NCBI GenBank assembly: GCA_947168965.1
Contig: CAMVNW010000001.1
Location: 1 to 58,597, forward strand
DNA: 58,597 bases
Direction: 5' to 3'
Origin: an uncultured Bacillales bacterium
GTDB taxonomy: Bacteria; Bacillota_I; Bacilli_A; RF39; UBA660
Positions 54,466 through 58,597 of this stretch are shown here, one piece after another. A program made the translations under genes and the position numbers. Within the stretch, counting starts at the first letter, position 1. Every line of letters begins with the position of its first letter. Below the pieces are notes generated by a model. That model was not told where the DNA came from and ran no database searches. It saw only the letters and a list, made by a program, of their open reading frames with translations.

Positions 54466-56835
54466 TTATTCGCTTCTTAATTTAACGTTTAGTTTTGTTT
54501 CTACTTTATTTATTATGTTATTGAATACTTCCATTACTTCTTCATCTGTTAATGTTCTTTCGGTTGATGAGAATGTTAAGTTGTATGCGATTGATTTTTC
54601 ATTAACACTCACATTTTCACCTGTATATACATCGAATACATCAATATTTGTTAGTAATCTTCCACCTGCTCTTTTTATTTCTGTTTCTATTTCTTTTGTT
54701 GACATATCTTTTGGTACTATGAACGCAAGATCTTTTTTGATACTTGGATAAGATGAAGCCATTTTAAATTTTATATCTTTTGTTTTTACATTAATGCTTT
54801 CTAGATTTATTTCAAGTACATATATTTCGTCTTTCATAATTGATGGATGTATTCTTCCCATGAATCCTATTTTTTTTCTATCTAGTAATATATCAGCACT
54901 TATTCCAGGATGAAGACTTTTTTCTGTTGATATTTCAAAACTGTATCTATTTTTTAATCCTGCATAGTCTAGTATATTTTCTATTATTCCTTTTAACACA
55001 TAGAAGTCTGATTTTACTTTTGTTCCATTAAAACTATTATTTATATAATTACCCATTAATAATATACCTAAATAGTTTTCTTCTTTTAAGTCATCAAAGA
55101 ACAGTTTACTTATTTCATAAATTGAAATATCTTTTACTCCTCTTGATTTATTGTATTTAACTACATCTAGTAATGATGGTATTAAAGTTTTTCTAAGTGT
55201 GGTTTTGTCTTGACTCATTGGATTTGGAACTAGTATTAGTTCTTTATCCTCATTAAACATATTTTGATTGTTTTTATCTACTAATGAATATGTTCTTACT
55301 TCGTCTAAGCCTAATGTTCTGCATCTTCTAGATATTAGTTTTCTGAATTTAATTTCTGGTCTATATTCTCCTGGTTTTGTAGGTAAGGCAGGAAGTGTAT
55401 TTTTTAAATTATGATATCCGTAAAGTCTTCCTATTTCTTCTGCTATATCATTAGCGTTTTCTTCTATATCAAGTCTTCTTTTTGGAATTGTAACTTTAAA
55501 AATATTATTATTTTGTTCATATTTAAAATCTAATTTATCTAGTTGTTGTTCCATTTCTTCTATTGTTAAATCTAGTCCAAGCAGTGAATTAATTTTTTCA
55601 GCTTTAAATGTTACTACTTTTTCTGATTTATCTATTTCATCATGTGAGCAAACATCTTTTAACACTTTACCTGATGCATATTTTTCTAGTAGGTAGCATG
55701 CTCTATCTAGTGCCTTATCTGTATATTCGTAATTAAGTCCTTTTTCATATCTCATAGATGCTTCACTTCTTAGATTTAAATGCTTTTCTGTTTTTCTTAT
55801 ATTGTATGCATTGAAAATAGCACTTTCTATTAATACTGTTTTGGTATTTTCGTCTACTTCTGTGTTTTCAGCACCCATAACTCCTGCTACTGCAACTACT
55901 CTATTTCCATCGGTAATTACTATATCATTTTCATTTAAAGTTCTTTCGTTTGAGTCTAGAGTTATTACTGTTTCATTTTCTTTTGCTTGTCTTACTAGTA
56001 TTTCATTTCCTAGTTTTTCTTTATCAAAGAAATGAAGTGGTTGACCATATTCTAACATTACATAGTTTGAAATATCTACTATGTTATTTATTGGTCTCAT
56101 TCCTACTGCTAATAATCTTTTTTTAATAAATTCTGGAGATTCTCCTACTTTTAGGTCAGTTACCATTTTTGCTTTATAGTATGGACATGCTTTTGTATCT
56201 ACTTTTAAGTTAAAATGATTGCTTATTGAGTCTTCTATTTCTTCATATTTATCTTCTGGTAGGCTTACTTTTTTTCCTATAATAGCTCCTACTTCATACG
56301 CAAATCCAATGTGATATAAGCAGTCATTATTTTTATGTTTATGAACGTCTAAATCATAAAGTGTATCTGATGCATCAAGGTATTCCATTGCATCTGTTCC
56401 TATTTGAGCGTCACTTGGTAATTCATGTATTCCTTTTTTATAGTTTTCTTCATTGTCTTCTTCTAGTCCTATTTCACATAAAGCGCATATCATACCATTT
56501 GAGTCTACTCCTCTTTTTTTGCTTTTGTTAATTACAAAGTTGCCTGGTAATACTGCTCCTGGAAGCGCTACTATAACTTTTAAATTTTCCCTTACGTTTG
56601 GTGCACCACATACTATTTGGATTATTTCGTTTCCTACATCTACTGTACATACATGCATGTGATCCGAGTCTGGATGTGGTACGCAAGTAAGTACTTTTCC
56701 AATTACTAAATTATTTATATGATTTGATATAACATGTTCTACATTTATTCCTGCTTTTGTAACTTTTTCAGCTAATTCATCTAGGTTTTCGTTTTCAAGG
56801 TCTATATAATCCTTGACCCAATTCATACTTATCAT
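54466..56835 (-). CDS. pheT: phenylalanine--tRNA ligase beta subunit
   Basis: 789 aa. N-terminal tRNA-binding OB, B3/B4, B5 and FDX-ACB domains. TAATG overlap with pheS. Confidence 0.95.
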   Translation of the reverse strand: MISMNWVKDYIDLENENLDELAEKVTKAGINVEHVISNHINNLVIGKVLTCVPHPDSDHMHVCTVDVGNEIIQIVCGAPNVRENLKVIVALPGAVLPGNFVINKSKKRGVDSNGMICALCEIGLEEDNEENYKKGIHELPSDAQIGTDAMEYLDASDTLYDLDVHKHKNNDCLYHIGFAYEVGAIIGKKVSLPEDKYEEIEDSISNHFNLKVDTKACPYYKAKMVTDLKVGESPEFIKKRLLAVGMRPINNIVDISNYVMLEYGQPLHFFDKEKLGNEILVRQAKENETVITLDSNERTLNENDIVITDGNRVVAVAGVMGAENTEVDENTKTVLIESAIFNAYNIRKTEKHLNLRSEASMRYEKGLNYEYTDKALDRACYLLEKYASGKVLKDVCSHDEIDKSEKVVTFKAEKINSLLGLDLTIEEMEQQLDKLDFKYEQNNNIFKVTIPKRRLDIEENANDIAEEIGRLYGYHNLKNTLPALPTKPGEYRPEIKFRKLISRRCRTLGLDEVRTYSLVDKNNQNMFNEDKELILVPNPMSQDKTTLRKTLIPSLLDVVKYNKSRGVKDISIYEISKLFFDDLKEENYLGILLMGNYINNSFNGTKVKSDFYVLKGIIENILDYAGLKNRYSFEISTEKSLHPGISADILLDRKKIGFMGRIHPSIMKDEIYVLEINLESINVKTKDIKFKMASSYPSIKKDLAFIVPKDMSTKEIETEIKRAGGRLLTNIDVFDVYTGENVSVNEKSIAYNLTFSSTERTLTDEEVMEVFNNIINKVETKLNVKLRSE

Positions 56836-57884
56836 TAGTTATTTGTCTCCTTTCTATCTAGGTTTCTATCATTTCTTAAATCATTTTGATGAATCATTCT
56901 TATATCGCTTATTCCATATTTAAGCATTCCTATTCTTTCTGCTGCTGCACCGAATGCGAATCCTTGCCATATTTCTGGATCATATCCACATGCTCTTAAT
57001 ACATTTGGGTGTACCATTCCACCACCACAAATTGTTATCCATCCTTTTGGTTTGCACATTGAACATCCTGAACCATCACAATTTGGACAACTCATATCCA
57101 TTTCTACTGATGGCTCTGTAAATGGATAATAGCTTGGTCTAAATCTTGCTTCTACATTTTCACCAAACATGTGTTTAATAAATGCATTAAATGTTCCTTT
57201 AAGGTCACTTAGTGATATGTTTTTGTCTATTACTAATCCTTCTATTTGGCAGAATTCTTGTTCATGTGTCATATCTGTGTTTTCTCTTCTATAAGTTTTT
57301 CCTGGACAAATCATTCTTACTGGTTCTTCACCTTTTTTTGATAACATTTCTCTTATTTGTACTGGAGATGTTTGACTTCTAAGAAGATATGTTTCATCTT
57401 TTAAATAGAAAGTATCTTGTGCGTCTCTTGCTGGATGTTCTTTTGGTAGATTGAGCATTTCGAAGTTATATTTATCAAGTTCTATTTCTGGTCCTTCCAC
57501 TACGTCATATCCCATACTTATAAAAAATTTTTCAGCATCTTCTATTATTGCCTCATCTATGTTAGGAGAACCATTTTTTATTACTGTACTTGGTAAATTT
57601 ATATCAATTTTTTCAGATTCTAGTTTTTTATTTAATTCATATTCTTCTATTTTATTTTTTAATGAATCAAATGAGTTACTAATATCTGTTTTAAATTCGT
57701 TCATTATTTTTCCGAATTCTTTTTTTTCTTCATTATCTAAGTCTTTCATATGAGACATTAATTCTGTAATAGGTCCTTTTTTACTTAGATAGATATTCTT
57801 TAATTCTGTTAAATCTTTTAATGTTTTAGTATTTTCTAATTTTTCTTTTATTTCAGTCCTTAAGTTTTGAATTTTTTCTTGCAT
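56835..57884 (-). CDS. pheS: phenylalanine--tRNA ligase alpha subunit
   Basis: 349 aa. HPARD, class II motifs 2/3 (FRPSYYPFTEPS, GFAFGAAAERI). Confidence 0.95.
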   Translation of the reverse strand: MQEKIQNLRTEIKEKLENTKTLKDLTELKNIYLSKKGPITELMSHMKDLDNEEKKEFGKIMNEFKTDISNSFDSLKNKIEEYELNKKLESEKIDINLPSTVIKNGSPNIDEAIIEDAEKFFISMGYDVVEGPEIELDKYNFEMLNLPKEHPARDAQDTFYLKDETYLLRSQTSPVQIREMLSKKGEEPVRMICPGKTYRRENTDMTHEQEFCQIEGLVIDKNISLSDLKGTFNAFIKHMFGENVEARFRPSYYPFTEPSVEMDMSCPNCDGSGCSMCKPKGWITICGGGMVHPNVLRACGYDPEIWQGFAFGAAAERIGMLKYGISDIRMIHQNDLRNDRNLDRKETNN

Positions 57885-58125
57885 AAAATCACCCTTTCAA
57901 ATAAAAAAATCCATGAATTTAAGGACGAGATAACCCGTGGTACCACCTTAATTCATAGATTTACTATGCACTTTAATTCTCTTAACGCGAGATAACGTTA
58001 TAATTTTTTATTATAAAGCTCTCTAGACGAATTCATAAAATGTTATTGTTAGTTTCCACCAAACACTAACTCTCTATTAATAACTTAGATTATTACTACT
58101 TCTAGGTCTTTGCCTTTGGACTAGT
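57885..58125 (-). promoter_or_regulatory. T-box riboswitch leader (phenylalanine)
   Basis: TTTACA-16-TGaTATAAT promoter (58156-58129). AGAGAG / GGUGGAAAC Stem I elements. Specifier GAA-UUC-G (UUC at 58029-58031). Stem III CAUAG-UAAAU-CUAUG. T-box AAUUAAGGUGGUACCACGGG (57934-57953), with UGGU matching ACCA. U7 tract. Confidence 0.8.
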
Positions 58126-58156
58126 TATATTATATCATATTTTTTTAGTTTGTAAA

Positions 58157-58546
58157 TTATTTTCTTTTTGTTTTTTCTAAAGTTTTGCATTCAAAGTATA
58201 ATATTTTATTATTATTTATTTCTCTTTCAGAAATTATCTGCCCATATTTTTTTATTAGTTTTAGTGCTTTGATATTATTCTTGTCACAAGTAATAAAGAA
58301 ACTATCTATATTATTTTCATTTAAATATTGAGATAAAAAAGTTAATGCTTGGGATGCATAACCATGTTCTCTATATTTTGGAAATATTATACATGATATT
58401 TCTCCTTTTTCTAATTCATCTATTTTTCTATATAAGATGTATCCCACACATTCGTTTTTTTCCTTAAGATAAATTTCATAATCATTTATTATGTTATTAT
58501 CTTTTGTTTTTAGTTCTATTTCGTTATTTTCTATTACTGTAATCAT
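58157..58546 (-). CDS. GNAT-family N-acetyltransferase
   Basis: YREHGYASQALTFL acetyl-CoA-binding pattern. Start placed at the ATG after GGTGA. Confidence 0.75.
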   Translation of the reverse strand: MITVIENNEIELKTKDNNIINDYEIYLKEKNECVGYILYRKIDELEKGEISCIIFPKYREHGYASQALTFLSQYLNENNIDSFFITCDKNNIKALKLIKKYGQIISEREINNNKILYFECKTLEKTKRK

Positions 58547-58597
58547 TATTTTCACCAATTTTATTATATCATATCTTGAAATATTTTTTTGTTTTTT

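Noticed and set aside
1-58597. Alternative genetic code (UGA as sense, or TAA read-through) to explain the in-frame TAA at 14273-14275
   Set aside because: Conserved genes are full length under the standard code. Trp is encoded by TGG, and TGA (for example at 2651-2653), TAA and TAG all terminate well-supported genes.

Overview
Strongly AT-rich 58.6-kb chromosomal segment. Gene content and order point to a low-GC, endospore-forming Firmicute (Bacillota). It uses the standard bacterial code: TAA, TAG and TGA all occur as stops, and conserved proteins are intact. I support about 60 protein genes (over 80% on the minus strand), three tRNAs, two T-box leaders (glyQS, pheST) and several intrinsic terminators and sigma-A-like promoters.

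Most of the window is housekeeping in Bacillus/Clostridium-like order:
- comEA-comEC, ylbL/ylbJ, cysS, murC, def, smc, proS
- rlmN-prpC-prkC-rsgA-rpe, glyQS
- pheST-yqfC-yqfD-ybeY-dgkA, then (after a plus-strand aquaporin gene) cdd-era-yqzL-DUF1653-recO

The less ordinary parts are:
1. Two divergent, atypical MazF/PemK-fold genes bracket a tcdA-hypothetical-pilin-lipoprotein operon. Neither has an upstream antitoxin, and each is followed by a separately promoted small gene. One of them sits in an 886-bp cassette flanked by a perfect 42-bp hairpin-containing direct repeat.
2. Two tandem modular pilins (prepilin N-terminus plus LamG/lectin-like module) lie divergent from an orphan GspE/ComGA-type ATPase. 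The ATPase carries an Asn-rich tail with three GIND(L/M)LN motifs.
3. A stand-alone mini transcription unit encodes a hydrophobic peptide interrupted by an in-frame TAA.
4. The T-box leaders have unusual architecture.
5. A cse60-like gene is frameshifted.

No CRISPR array, rRNA, transposase or integrase was seen. All family calls come from motif recognition by eye; no database search was run.
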